Virus record (IMG/VR): IMGVR_UViG_3300043438_002264
Coordinates: 32,001 to 96,000 of that record
Length of the DNA: 64,000 bases
Source: a virus
Strand: one strand, 5' to 3'
The notes under the pieces were generated by a model. The model saw only the letters and a program-made list of their open reading frames with translations, searched no databases and was not told the origin of the DNA. Below, in pieces: positions 41,201-50,864 of the stretch. A program made the position numbers and the translations under genes. Every line of letters begins with the position of its first letter. Position 1 is the first letter of the stretch.

Positions 41201-44200
41201 AGCTTATCAATATTTTTTAGATTTTCTACATCAAAAGCATCAACTAGTTGTTGGTTTTCATCATAGAAATTAGCAACTATTCCAGCTGCTTCTCCTTCTA
41301 ATTTTGCAACTCGTTCAGTATCCATCCACCAGAGTGGGCCAGCTTTATCTGTAAAGTCTTTTGACTGAAGAATTCCTCCTGCTCCAGCGATGCCAGAGGT
41401 TGACCCTTTGACAAACTCTGTGTAAATCTTTATAGTGTTTCCTTCTAACAACTTTCCGTCTGGTCCAATAATTGATTGAATTGACGCATTTATGTTTGCA
41501 GTTACATTGTAGTCGTTTAGCTTTTGCCCTAAAGAATTTGCTATGCTCTTTGCTTGCTCTGGACTTAATACTCCTGTGGCTACGGCTGTGGTTAGTTTTT
41601 TCTGTAAAGATTCTATAGCCTTAGATCGTCCAAATTTTTCTGTTTGATTTTCAAATTCAGAAAGCATTCCTTGGCCAGCTTCTGATTGAACAAACGACTG
41701 GCCAAAAGTTGTCTTTCCTGTCTGTACAGTAAATGGAGAAAATTGCTGTTGCCTTCTTTTTTCCATAAATTCAGATGGCGTTACTGTTCCTGCAGCTTCA
41801 GCAAACCTTGACATTGCATCTTTACCAGAACTTAGCGATCTAGTTGCATCGAACGATTCTTTTCTAATGTTTTGTAAAGCTATTTGAACAGCTACAAAAC
41901 CGCCAACAACGGCTGCAAGAGCAGCAACAACTAGTCCGACTTTGCTTGCTAGCATTGGAGCTATCATAGAAAGCATCATCACTGGCATCATTAGCTGATT
42001 TGCAATTTCTCCAATTTGTCCACCAACCATGGATCCGCCAATTACACCAACCATTGCAGCTGCTCCTACCCCGCCAGCAACTTTTCCTCCCATACCTCGC
42101 ATCTTAGATTGACGAGCTAACCGCTTTTCTTCTTTAGTCGCTAGGCGTGTCTTTTCTTCTGCAACTTTTTGTTCGTCAACAAGTCTAGCTTTTGTCTCAG
42201 CCACTCTTCTTTGTTTTTCTGCAGCTTCATTCTTTTTTCTTTGTGCCCGAAGTTTTGCCTGCTCATCCTTTGTAGCCTTATCCCAGTCTTTTGAGGACAT
42301 CCCATAAGCTTGACTAATGCCAGAAGATCTTCTATCTGGAGTTTGCCCCTCTGGAAAACCATCCGCAAATCCTGGAAGTCTTGGGAAATTACTTGACCCT
42401 AATGTAGCAAGCCTTCCTATTCCAGGAAGCATAACTCCCCTACCCCGCATTAACTCTCTGTTTGTTTTTTTAGTTAGAATTGTTTCCCCAGGAGTTACTG
42501 CAGCCATTCGTGTATCTGATGCTGAGCCACCAGATACCCTAGCCCCAGCTGGAACCTTTTCATCTGATCCACCGATAGTTTGAGACTGCCTCCTTTTGTC
42601 CTCAATAACGTTTTCGCCTATAAGTTGAGAATAAGTCCTTAGACCTCTATCGTAAAGGTTGCGTTCAAATCTTCGATCTAAAAGCTTTCTGGTTAGTATG
42701 GCCTGATATTTTCCTTCTCTAACCTTACTGTTTCTGCTGTTTTTTGACCATACCTTTTCATCAAATGTTGTAATTGCTTTAAGGGTTGCAGCTGCAGCTT
42801 TGGTTTTTGGATGATCACCAGACACTAGTTTTTCAAGCTCTTTTCGATCTTTAATTTTTAATCGTCTTAGCTGTCCATCACTTAAAGACATTAGGTGTTT
42901 TCCTAGGTTTCCGCTTACTCTATTTAGGTAATTATTTAGACCACCAACGTCTGGACCTATCTTAGATATATCTTTCCAGTCTTTAATGCCGTCGCCTTTT
43001 GCCGCAAAGTGTGATGCATCAATTTTTGTAAATCTTGCAAGCTGGCTGTTAGAAATACCTAGCTTTTTAGCCTCAGCTTCTAAAAATTTTATTTCGTCAT
43101 TAAAGAGTCCTGATTTAATAACACTACCAGTTAAAGTTCCAACTCCCGAACCTGAACCTCCAGAAATTGTGTATTCGTGTCTTTTTCCACTTGAGGTAGC
43201 AGTATTGTTAACTCTAGAAGGAGTTAAAATTTGTTCTCTGTCAGAAAGATCTGTTAGCCTTCTTAAAATGCTCTCATCTGGTCTTCCGCTTACTCGCATT
43301 GCTTCAATAGTCTCTGGAAGTTTTTTAGCATTTCTTTCAGCAAATCTACCTCTAGTTTTAAATCTTTTGCCCAAGAATTCAACCCAATGTTCTCCATCGG
43401 TACTGCCACTAATTGCTTTTGATCCTTGACTATACCCAGGAACACCCATCTTTTTAAATAGTCTTGCAACAAAGCCAGATCCAACAACACGAACTGACCC
43501 CATGCCTGCAGCCCTTAACTCTTGTTTTAGCTGTTTTGCAATGGCTGGGTCACGAGCAATAATTTTGTCAATTTCTTTAAATGCAAATCCGCCAGGAGTA
43601 TAGGTCTCTATGTATGGTGGTTTTGGATTAGTTGTAAAGCTGTTTCCACCAGTTGGGATATTTCCAAATGGCTGTCCAAATCTTCCAAATTGAGCTGCTT
43701 GTGACTGACTTCTTGTTGCCCCACGCATTGGTGCTGGAGAACTTGATAAGTTTCTGTTTCTAGAATAATCTAAAAGAATATCTCCAGCATAAGCAGATGA
43801 TCTTTTGGCTACAGATCCCTTTGTTATTAAGGAAAGATCTCCGTATCTATCTAGCTTAGATGATCTTGGGTTCATTGCTCCTGAAGCTCTTGCTCCAGTT
43901 TTTCCAAAAAGAAGTGTGTTTAAAATTGTTTGAAGAGGTGATGATGAAGCAAACCCATATGTTGGACGTTGACCTGCTGAGGTAGAGCCTGGCAGGCCAA
44001 AAACATCTTGCTCTAATTTAGTTCTTAATTGCTTTTGCTTAGGCTTCTTTAGTCCATATTTACTTAAGAAGTCGTCTCCAGTTCCTGTAGCAAAACCACT
44101 TTGATACTTTTTGTTTCCAGATGCTAGTGCCTGAGAAAAAGCCTGAGATTGCATCCTAACGCCAACATTTGATCTTCCAAGCATTGAAGCAAATGGATTT

Positions 44201-46356
44201 CTACCAATTCTAAATCCAGGAACGTTGTCTGAAATAAGAGAAGAAATAATTCCGCTGTATTTCTTTGATTGCTTAGCTGGAATAACTGCTTCTCCTGGGG
44301 AAAGCATTGCTGGAACAACATCTCCAGCCCCCTTTGGTCCAGGAACAGACAGAACTCCAGAGGCATACTTTTTAGGAGCTCTTGTCCTTCCAATTACACC
44401 ACCACTCATGGCTGTTTGAGCTGCCAAGGATCTTCTGTATGCAGCTGTCAAGGCATCTACGGCACCAGCTTCTGAGGTAAAAGTCTGCCTTAGTGTTTGG
44501 TGTACCTGGTTCAAGGATGAGGCTACTGCAGCAGCTTCAAGCTGTTGCTGAGTCATATACTCTGTTTGTAATCCTAGCTGTGTGCTAGAGCTTGCTGCTT
44601 TATTCATTGCAGTTTTAAAGAATACAAATCCTTTTATTACGTTTGCAACACCGTTAGCAATAAGACCAAAGCCCATTAAGAATACTGGACCAATTACTCC
44701 AGCAATTGCTGTTAAGCCCACAACAAACTGTTTAGCTCCAGCATCCAGTTCATTAAACTTTTCAAGAATCTTTGTTCCAAATTCTAGAACTGGAGTTACA
44801 GCCTTTAAGAATGCCTCTCCAAGAGGAACAAGTGTGACCTTGATATCTTCAACAGCTTTTTGGAACTTAAACATTGGAGAGTCTTCAACTTTTTTCAACT
44901 CTCGCTCAGAAAGGATTGCTAGCTCTTCAGTAGTTGCATTTGCTAGCTTTAAAACACGACTAGCTTGGTTACCTTCTTTAATAACGTTTTGGAACAATGT
45001 AGATAGACGTGCAAACTGGAACTTACCAAATAGCTGTTCAATTGCCTGTGCACGATTTAGCGGGTCTAAGGTATCTAAAGCCTTAGCAAAATCTATTACA
45101 ATTCCTTTAACGTTCCCCTTGTTTGCTTCAACAATACCCTTAAGATTAATCCCAAATCCTTGAAGCATTTCTGCAGCTTTACCAGTTGGGTTAATCATGG
45201 ATGCAAGACCAGACTTTAGTGCGTTTGCACCTTCTGAAGCATTAATGCCTCCCTCACGCATGGCGGTGAGGAAGAAGGTCAGGTCTTGAACATCTCCACC
45301 AAGCTGCTGAACTACTGGACCAGCTTTTGGAATAGCAATTGTAAGATCTTCAATAGAAGTAACCGTTTGGTTTTCAACAGCGTTTAGGAAGTCAATCTTA
45401 CCTGCTAGATCTTCTGCAGAAACTCCAAATGCGTCTGTTAATGATATTGTAGCTTTAAGGGCTTCTGCTTGCTCTACCCCACCCAAAACAGCAAGGCGTG
45501 TAGATTCTGCAACTTGAGCAGTTAGGTCTGCACCCATTTTACCAGTAGCAGCAATGTCAGCAGCTAGCTCCATGGTTTTTGATACAGCTATGCCATACCT
45601 TGTAAACTCATTAGCAAGGTCTTTTATTTCTGCTAAAGCTTTGTTTGTTTGTTCTGTTGTAGTAAACAACTCTCCATAAACACGTTTAAACCTAATAGCC
45701 TGTTTTTCCATGTCCATGAATGTTTTTGATGCAACGCTACCAAACATTACTAGAGGAATTGTAAAACCAACCATAAGCTGACGTCCAGCCCACTGGGTAT
45801 TCTTACCAAAGTTTAGAAGATTGGTTGAGCCTTGCTTTAACATTTGGTTTAGCAAAGCTTGACGTTGAGCAGCAATCTGAGTTTTTGTTCCCAGACTTTC
45901 CATATCTAAAGCAAGCGGTCTAACTGCAATTGCTTTTATTGCACCGTTTGCATCACGGCCCATTCTAATGTACTGGGTCTGAAGGTCTTTGACACGTTCA
46001 CGTGCGACCTTGTTTATTGTATCAAATTCAGTTCTAAAGAATCTACCAAAAGTTTTTGTTGCAGCACCAGAGTATCTAAAATACTCTCGCATAGAAAGCT
46101 TATTTTTTTCTAATGCGTTTGTAAAGGACTCTGTGGTAGATTTTACATTTTTTATAGTTGCAGAGAATTGGCCAGTTCTGTTTATACTATTAAGCAGTCC
46201 CTGCTGCAAATTCATGGAGGTGGCAGCGGCAGCTGCACCACCCTTGGCCATATTAGTATGGAAGGCTGAAATCTGCCGTTGAAGATTCTTGATACTTGCC
46301 AATGCGGCAGCGGTATCAATATCAACTCTTATATTGGCATTGGCGTCTTCAGCCAT
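38224..46356 (-). CDS. Tape measure protein (TP901-type core) with inserted globular cassettes
   Basis: 2710 aa, helical Ala-rich core (EGANALKS...LFGK), hydrophobic segments, coiled coils, repeated D.VPAML.PGE motif. Confidence 0.92.
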   Translation of the reverse strand: MAEDANANIRVDIDTAAALASIKNLQRQISAFHTNMAKGGAAAAATSMNLQQGLLNSINRTGQFSATIKNVKSTTESFTNALEKNKLSMREYFRYSGAATKTFGRFFRTEFDTINKVARERVKDLQTQYIRMGRDANGAIKAIAVRPLALDMESLGTKTQIAAQRQALLNQMLKQGSTNLLNFGKNTQWAGRQLMVGFTIPLVMFGSVASKTFMDMEKQAIRFKRVYGELFTTTEQTNKALAEIKDLANEFTRYGIAVSKTMELAADIAATGKMGADLTAQVAESTRLAVLGGVEQAEALKATISLTDAFGVSAEDLAGKIDFLNAVENQTVTSIEDLTIAIPKAGPVVQQLGGDVQDLTFFLTAMREGGINASEGANALKSGLASMINPTGKAAEMLQGFGINLKGIVEANKGNVKGIVIDFAKALDTLDPLNRAQAIEQLFGKFQFARLSTLFQNVIKEGNQASRVLKLANATTEELAILSERELKKVEDSPMFKFQKAVEDIKVTLVPLGEAFLKAVTPVLEFGTKILEKFNELDAGAKQFVVGLTAIAGVIGPVFLMGFGLIANGVANVIKGFVFFKTAMNKAASSSTQLGLQTEYMTQQQLEAAAVASSLNQVHQTLRQTFTSEAGAVDALTAAYRRSLAAQTAMSGGVIGRTRAPKKYASGVLSVPGPKGAGDVVPAMLSPGEAVIPAKQSKKYSGIISSLISDNVPGFRIGRNPFASMLGRSNVGVRMQSQAFSQALASGNKKYQSGFATGTGDDFLSKYGLKKPKQKQLRTKLEQDVFGLPGSTSAGQRPTYGFASSSPLQTILNTLLFGKTGARASGAMNPRSSKLDRYGDLSLITKGSVAKRSSAYAGDILLDYSRNRNLSSSPAPMRGATRSQSQAAQFGRFGQPFGNIPTGGNSFTTNPKPPYIETYTPGGFAFKEIDKIIARDPAIAKQLKQELRAAGMGSVRVVGSGFVARLFKKMGVPGYSQGSKAISGSTDGEHWVEFLGKRFKTRGRFAERNAKKLPETIEAMRVSGRPDESILRRLTDLSDREQILTPSRVNNTATSSGKRHEYTISGGSGSGVGTLTGSVIKSGLFNDEIKFLEAEAKKLGISNSQLARFTKIDASHFAAKGDGIKDWKDISKIGPDVGGLNNYLNRVSGNLGKHLMSLSDGQLRRLKIKDRKELEKLVSGDHPKTKAAAATLKAITTFDEKVWSKNSRNSKVREGKYQAILTRKLLDRRFERNLYDRGLRTYSQLIGENVIEDKRRQSQTIGGSDEKVPAGARVSGGSASDTRMAAVTPGETILTKKTNRELMRGRGVMLPGIGRLATLGSSNFPRLPGFADGFPEGQTPDRRSSGISQAYGMSSKDWDKATKDEQAKLRAQRKKNEAAEKQRRVAETKARLVDEQKVAEEKTRLATKEEKRLARQSKMRGMGGKVAGGVGAAAMVGVIGGSMVGGQIGEIANQLMMPVMMLSMIAPMLASKVGLVVAALAAVVGGFVAVQIALQNIRKESFDATRSLSSGKDAMSRFAEAAGTVTPSEFMEKRRQQQFSPFTVQTGKTTFGQSFVQSEAGQGMLSEFENQTEKFGRSKAIESLQKKLTTAVATGVLSPEQAKSIANSLGQKLNDYNVTANINASIQSIIGPDGKLLEGNTIKIYTEFVKGSTSGIAGAGGILQSKDFTDKAGPLWWMDTERVAKLEGEAAGIVANFYDENQQLVDAFDVENLKNIDKLYAEGKYDEALALEEKYQIERAGLIETYTSEIYKLQKDFSAADFANQQGILSQLANTAIGLDPKVGEAARKLQGSSAVVAKNAFGQDVSTKTLRATGGGRLTGAENIAKEAAFQEVKLQILGELTAGNIDSETFNGLMKMFDPTTGKGQATLSVLADISTKVGPQSLGQLETVFAILKDPEVAYQISLSINRKSEKQAKDTVDTLTQIATFDGNAIEPEVVLKFYGENLNKLTELTEKFNKLKDLENKGMLNVESLIEQKIITAEQGAQFDDFYKDLPPDQKVVYTQVYATQYETVLKAPDMIQAWRNTQKPAFESKLTDEQVASIIAGEDAEQYVTGNLAKDPTGEIDTEKTPTGGTKKESPYKNVLTDLKELRQDAVKATGGLKELTKWLGKAKDMRPFKGTMNALVAGGTTEEFQSFISGLDKSEQNKLFKISKGVAKLTNEGKALQKTFNEISIGGFVIDQQRAIANSKNQKIAAERLISAGMAASDAYSAVEDAAFAAGIATMKLGKKGREELKTIVNSAKEAEKAIREISPESLASFLKESIDSATERVEINFEFAVSGDMTAIRSAESDIAALQFQIDDFQAGLQEISWKEDAINDKYDKRAEALDKVRRINSDISDQQKGQLSLAEAITRGDLSAAAQAVQNIRETQAEQAFERQSSALESAREKELGFVRSSKGKSRLQLEEDILKKEKEIFAIEEDRLEPARERVRLIEVERETALASLKLQSLKYDDLVNKINSAKFSTKEYADSLKEALATLQQMAGMQLPGGSGGFEGSRPGPEKDGSFVGQLGPQGNFVWDGKSWVKIGSETGKNILTPNPEFKPTPGNTRPGPEKPGDKPGQVGPGGQFIWNGVQWVKRAMGGKIMANYSNGGSPLGSDIVPAMLTPGEFVIRRPAVRKFGPKFFEQLNNGMIPSFNNPSFKGTTGNYGVDSAPVNINVPSISDNSSVYNYNLSVNVSSVSDPNAIAQTVMGQIRRIDSQRIRSNRF

Positions 46357-46374
46357 CCATTAACACCTCTTTAT

Positions 46375-46698
46375 TTAGTTGCTAACAAGACCGTTAAGAG
46401 AAACTTCTCCAAGCTTAACGCCTGATGCTTCCTCAACAATCTTGTAAACTGTAGGGAGATCTAGAATCTCCTCTAAAGCCTTTAAATCTTCAGCCAGTTC
46501 TGGCTTGTACTGCTTCATTGCGATTTGAACACAGTCCATCAAAATACTCATTGACTTGTCGTTATCCTCTGCAACTTCTGCAATACCCTCAAACTTCTTC
46601 ATAAAAGGACGAAGCAAAGAAATCTTCAAGGGACGAACCTTGATCTCTGTTCCGTCAATTAGCTTAATTGTCTTTTCTTCGTATACTTCTGTGCTCAT
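46375..46698 (-). CDS. Tail assembly chaperone, short form
   Basis: Between major tail and TMP; paralogous to the N-half of the upstream gene. Confidence 0.7.
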   Translation of the reverse strand: MSTEVYEEKTIKLIDGTEIKVRPLKISLLRPFMKKFEGIAEVAEDNDKSMSILMDCVQIAMKQYKPELAEDLKALEEILDLPTVYKIVEEASGVKLGEVSLNGLVSN

Positions 46699-46751
46699 AT
46701 TATTTTAGTCCTTCCGCTATGAGGCTTTACCTATTATAACATAAAAGGCTT

Positions 46752-47453
46752 TTAATTTATAGGCTTTTTGGTTAAATCTTCGTATCCAAGGCCCATCCCA
46801 ATACCAAATCCTGCCTTTTGAGCATTAACCCCCTGTAGGGCAAGAACATCGTTTGCATTGGCAGCTTTACCACCACTAAAGACTTTGGCCTTCATTTCTT
46901 CCCATTTATTACCAGAACTATTCCCATTATTTTTATCTAAATCTACCCCTTGCATTGCTGCAAGAAACTTTTTTTCCTGATAGTCTAAGTCTCTTTTAGA
47001 TTCAAGAGTTAGCATTAGTTCTGGCATAGATAAAGATATCTCAAGCTCTTCATAATCTTTCCAAATACCAAGCAAAAATAGCTCAGCTTCAAGCTTTGCC
47101 AAATCTAGTTTTTCCCAAGAAGATCCGCTGTCTTCTGCCTGCTGCTTTACTGGATTTTCAGATTTTCCATCAATTTTTATTCCAGCAGCAATGTCTAAAA
47201 TTTTATAGATTGTTGGCAAATTAACGCTGTCTTCTAGTTCTGATATAGTTGATATTTTAGGATAGTATTGCCTCATTGCTATTGCTGCACAATTTGACAA
47301 AAAGATAATAGCTTCTTCATCATTGTCAGCTGTTTTTACAAGCTCAAAAGCCTCCATAAACTGTCTTAAATATTTTATTTTTAGCGGTACCAGAGTTAGT
47401 TCTGTGCCATCTATAAGAGTAATGTTTTTTGATTCATATGCTTCTGTTGCCAT
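46752..47453 (-). CDS. Tail assembly chaperone, long form
   Basis: N-half homologous to the short chaperone plus a C-terminal extension; leaderless start MATEAY 6 nt after TATACT. Confidence 0.7.
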   Translation of the reverse strand: MATEAYESKNITLIDGTELTLVPLKIKYLRQFMEAFELVKTADNDEEAIIFLSNCAAIAMRQYYPKISTISELEDSVNLPTIYKILDIAAGIKIDGKSENPVKQQAEDSGSSWEKLDLAKLEAELFLLGIWKDYEELEISLSMPELMLTLESKRDLDYQEKKFLAAMQGVDLDKNNGNSSGNKWEEMKAKVFSGGKAANANDVLALQGVNAQKAGFGIGMGLGYEDLTKKPIN

Positions 47454-47469
47454 ATTATAAGTATACCGC

Positions 47470-47506
47470 AAAAACAAAACTGCCCAGCCTAAAAAGACTG
47501 GACAGC
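47470..47506 (-). terminator. Intrinsic terminator after major tail gene
   Basis: CTGTCCAGTC-TTTTTA-GGCTGGGCAG-TTTTGTTTT. Confidence 0.7.
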
Positions 47507-47532
47507 TTCGTGTTATTAAGTTATATATTAAA

Positions 47533-48201
47533 TTATGATACTGCTGGGATAGTGCGGTCTACGATCTTACCGTATGATGCATCATCGTTTGGTAGCAAAC
47601 GGAATGAAACTTCGTACATTGTAGGCTCGTCACGCTTTGCAGATACTGTAACACTCTCAATTGAAAGTGCACGGTATGCTACATAGATACGCTCAATCTG
47701 CTCGTCTGGGTTACAGTCACCTGTACCTGGACCAACAGCTACGAGTCCACGCTCTACTGGACACTCACCAATGTCACCTGCTGTTAGGTTTAGGGTTGGA
47801 GATCCAGCCTTAATACCTGTAGCACCTGCACTTGCGGTTAGGTCATCGTCCTTACCAGCTAGTGAGAATAGCAAGTTCTCTAGTGTTGCCTCAGCAAAAG
47901 CAGTGTTCAGGTTAACCTGCATACCCTGCTTGTATAGCTTTGCAACGTCAAGAACCTGGTCAACCTGTACCTCACCGAAGTCAGGCTGGAACTGTAGCTC
48001 TAGACCATTCATTGTGTAACCTACGTTACGGTAGTCTGCGTCATTTGCTAAAGTCTCACGGTAAGTTCCTGTTGTGTTTCCAACAGTTCCTTCAGCCTGG
48101 TAGGCTGGAAGATCTGCATCCGTCAATACACCTGCTTCGTATGTAAACAAAGCGGCTGCACCAACGATAATGTTGGTACTTGTACCTCTTGTATATGCCA
48201 T
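47533..48201 (-). CDS. Major tail (tube) protein
   Basis: NIIVGAAALF, VGYTMNGLE...PDFGEVQVDQ, FAEATLENL, V.FRLLP; GAGG RBS before MAYTRG. Confidence 0.8.
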   Translation of the reverse strand: MAYTRGTSTNIIVGAAALFTYEAGVLTDADLPAYQAEGTVGNTTGTYRETLANDADYRNVGYTMNGLELQFQPDFGEVQVDQVLDVAKLYKQGMQVNLNTAFAEATLENLLFSLAGKDDDLTASAGATGIKAGSPTLNLTAGDIGECPVERGLVAVGPGTGDCNPDEQIERIYVAYRALSIESVTVSAKRDEPTMYEVSFRLLPNDDASYGKIVDRTIPAVS

Positions 48202-48267
48202 GTAATTCACCTCTTTTTCTTAGAAATAGGGGGCTTGTTTCCTCAAAATTAAGTATACCAGTCTATT

Positions 48268-48852
48268 TTAAATAATTTGTTTTGTTGCTAGTTTACGCTC
48301 TGGAGTCCAGTCTGAGCCAGTGAGTTCTGGCATTGCGTGGTAGTCATACTCTATAATAATCTTATTTCCACCATAAGTTCTGGCGGTTCCAAAGTCAATA
48401 ATATCTCTGGATTCTTCTAGCTGGTATACCTTAAAATCATGAAAGAAAAACATGTTATCTATTAGGTCTGGAGACTGAGATGTCCCTAGGTTTACCTGAC
48501 GGTTCATGGCCCAGTTATTAATTTCTTCTGCTGTTTCATTGCCACGGTCCATTAGCCTCAAAACTTGCTCTTGAATTTGAACCATTTTTTCTATGGGGTT
48601 GTCACCAGTTGCGTAAAAGTAATACATAATCTGCTCACATTTTATGTGTGGAAAGCTTTTCTTGTTCATTTTAATAAGTCTATCCCAAGTAGCCATGGTT
48701 CCGCCTGTTGGAAAATATTGAGTTAAGTCATTAATAGTTGCTGGCAAAGTTGGAAAAAATGGAGTATCCAAACCAGTACTATTAAGAATTTTGCTTTGAA
48801 GATATTTGTTTATCCAAAGAATTGGTGTGTTTAATAATGTATCGTTAGCCAA
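48268..48852 (-). CDS. Putative tail terminator / neck protein
   Basis: Position upstream of major tail gene. Confidence 0.5.
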   Translation of the reverse strand: MANDTLLNTPILWINKYLQSKILNSTGLDTPFFPTLPATINDLTQYFPTGGTMATWDRLIKMNKKSFPHIKCEQIMYYFYATGDNPIEKMVQIQEQVLRLMDRGNETAEEINNWAMNRQVNLGTSQSPDLIDNMFFFHDFKVYQLEESRDIIDFGTARTYGGNKIIIEYDYHAMPELTGSDWTPERKLATKQII

Positions 48853-49522
48853 CCTTAATCACCCCTGCATTTGCTATCCATCGATATCCAGTTGACAACC
48901 CTTTTGAACGGCCAGCACGTTTACCAGCTGCTAAATTATTCTTATAAGCAACAGGGTTTTCAAGATATGAAGCCATTCCGCTAACCCTTAAGAATGCCTG
49001 TGTAAAGTATTTATTAAAGAAGCTGTCAAATGCTTGCTCAAATCTTCCTTGTACATTTCCTCCTGGGTTTTGAACAGTTACTTCTGACTTTGTAAAAACT
49101 TCTTCTCCATCTTGAATAAACCTTAAGGCCTGGGCCTGCTTTGGCCTAATCTTTACTGGAATGCCCTCTTCCATAATCTTAGCCTTATTATAGAACGGGG
49201 TATTAGATCCGTCCTGAATACTATTTGACTGCCTAAATGAAGACCTAAAAGAAAGCCCTAAATTGCTAATTGAATAGTCAATGTCGTATAGCCTAGCTGC
49301 TGGGCTTCCCGTCTGGTTCCACTCGTATACGTGATGAAGTATTGATGGGTTGGTTTTTGCATTAGCATCTATGTAGCTTTTTAAAACTTCTATTGTTTGT
49401 ACTCCTATAGAGTGCATTAATTGCTGCTTTCCCATCTGAATACCGTCCAAAAATCCAGCAGAGTAATCCATTATGTTTTTCATATCTTTTGCAAACTGTC
49501 TTCCATCAAAGCGAACTCTCAT
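48845..49522 (-). CDS. Putative neck / tail completion protein
   Basis: Position; LHHVYEW...ARLY...KAKIME.G. Confidence 0.5.
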   Translation of the reverse strand: MRVRFDGRQFAKDMKNIMDYSAGFLDGIQMGKQQLMHSIGVQTIEVLKSYIDANAKTNPSILHHVYEWNQTGSPAARLYDIDYSISNLGLSFRSSFRQSNSIQDGSNTPFYNKAKIMEEGIPVKIRPKQAQALRFIQDGEEVFTKSEVTVQNPGGNVQGRFEQAFDSFFNKYFTQAFLRVSGMASYLENPVAYKNNLAAGKRAGRSKGLSTGYRWIANAGVIKVG

Positions 49523-49968
49523 AGGTCTACCGCCTGATTCTCGGACCTGCGTACAACAACCTTGTAATATTCTGGAGACCCAAAAGGTCCCACAAAAGGC
49601 TCAACAGTAGCAACCTCAAATAAGGTTGACTTGCCAGCTCTTGGGCCAGAGGTTTCTAGGTAAACCTCATTAAGATTTCTATCTTTAATATTTGTCACAA
49701 TTATATTGGTAATTGAGTTTTTATTTTCTGTACTAGAAAAACGAATATCTGATTTTACACGGCCTAGCATAACACTATCCTGTGTAATATTAGCATTTGG
49801 CTTTACGTCTTCTTTCCAGGCTGTTCCAGCTGAATTAAAGTTACAAGCAATTGTCTTGTCATGTATCCAAGTTTTTTGAACATTTCCGTACGCTCCTTGA
49901 TCTACAATTGGATAGTAAATATCTGCAAGCATTGGAAATATAAAAGAGGTCTCTTCGCAGGTAGCCAT
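49519..49968 (-). CDS. Putative head closure protein
   Basis: Position; Q.AYG.V.K.W pattern of SPP1 gp16-like proteins. Confidence 0.55.
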   Translation of the reverse strand: MATCEETSFIFPMLADIYYPIVDQGAYGNVQKTWIHDKTIACNFNSAGTAWKEDVKPNANITQDSVMLGRVKSDIRFSSTENKNSITNIIVTNIKDRNLNEVYLETSGPRAGKSTLFEVATVEPFVGPFGSPEYYKVVVRRSENQAVDL

Positions 49969-50864
49969 TATAGCACCCCAAGTCTAGTAATAGATTTAGC
50001 ATACTTTGACAGTATCTTATCTACAACAATGTTTCCTGTTCCCTCAAACATTCTCTTGTCAAACTGAAGCCTAAACTGGTCAGTATTGTAAGACGTAATG
50101 TACCTCTGGTAGTAATCAATTCTTCCACACTTGATATCATCAATTAGCAAAGTCGCAGCTCTTGCAATATCTGATGGAACAGCTGGGTATCCTGATTCTA
50201 AAATAAACTTGTAGTCGTATCCGTTAGGGAATCCTTTAAGTGGTGGTAGGTTTGCGTCAACAATATCAGAGCTTGCAAGTGGAATAATTAGAGGGGCCTG
50301 CTCGTTTCTATTTACTCCGTCAACAACTGTTTCTGTAATTGCTGTTTTGTCTTGTGTTATTTCAAATGTGCGGTCTGTTACCAAAACGTTATTTTCGTAT
50401 ACCGCCAAAATCTTTTTTGCATCCATCCACAATGGGATATAGTCTGCCCCTAGGCCTACAGTATCTAAGACCTTCTTTTTGTAGTAAAAACCTTCTGGAA
50501 TTACTGAGTCAATAACCGCTCTAGCAATTTCTTCAAACCTAGTGTATTCTGCAATTTGTGAGGCAGTCTCACCCAATGTTGATGGATTAACATATGGCCT
50601 TACAATGCTAAAAACATCATCAAATAAGGTCTCTGTGTCTTCTAAGTCTACTGTAATAATAACCTGATAGTCTGTATCATACTTTGAGTTTAATGGGTAC
50701 TGAATAGTATCCCCAGACATTGCTAAATAAGAAAAGGTATCTTGAACTGAAAGGTCGGCCAAATCAATTACGGTTACTGTTATGTCTGAATCCAGAGTAA
50801 CTATGCTTGGAATTTCAAAACTAATCGTAAGGTTAGAGTATGGCTGAGCTCTCAGGATTTCCAT
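49968..50864 (-). CDS. Head-tail adaptor protein
   Basis: ARAVID...GY..VP.DI..AA..L, TGN..VD.IL..Y. Confidence 0.65.
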   Translation of the reverse strand: MEILRAQPYSNLTISFEIPSIVTLDSDITVTVIDLADLSVQDTFSYLAMSGDTIQYPLNSKYDTDYQVIITVDLEDTETLFDDVFSIVRPYVNPSTLGETASQIAEYTRFEEIARAVIDSVIPEGFYYKKKVLDTVGLGADYIPLWMDAKKILAVYENNVLVTDRTFEITQDKTAITETVVDGVNRNEQAPLIIPLASSDIVDANLPPLKGFPNGYDYKFILESGYPAVPSDIARAATLLIDDIKCGRIDYYQRYITSYNTDQFRLQFDKRMFEGTGNIVVDKILSKYAKSITRLGVL

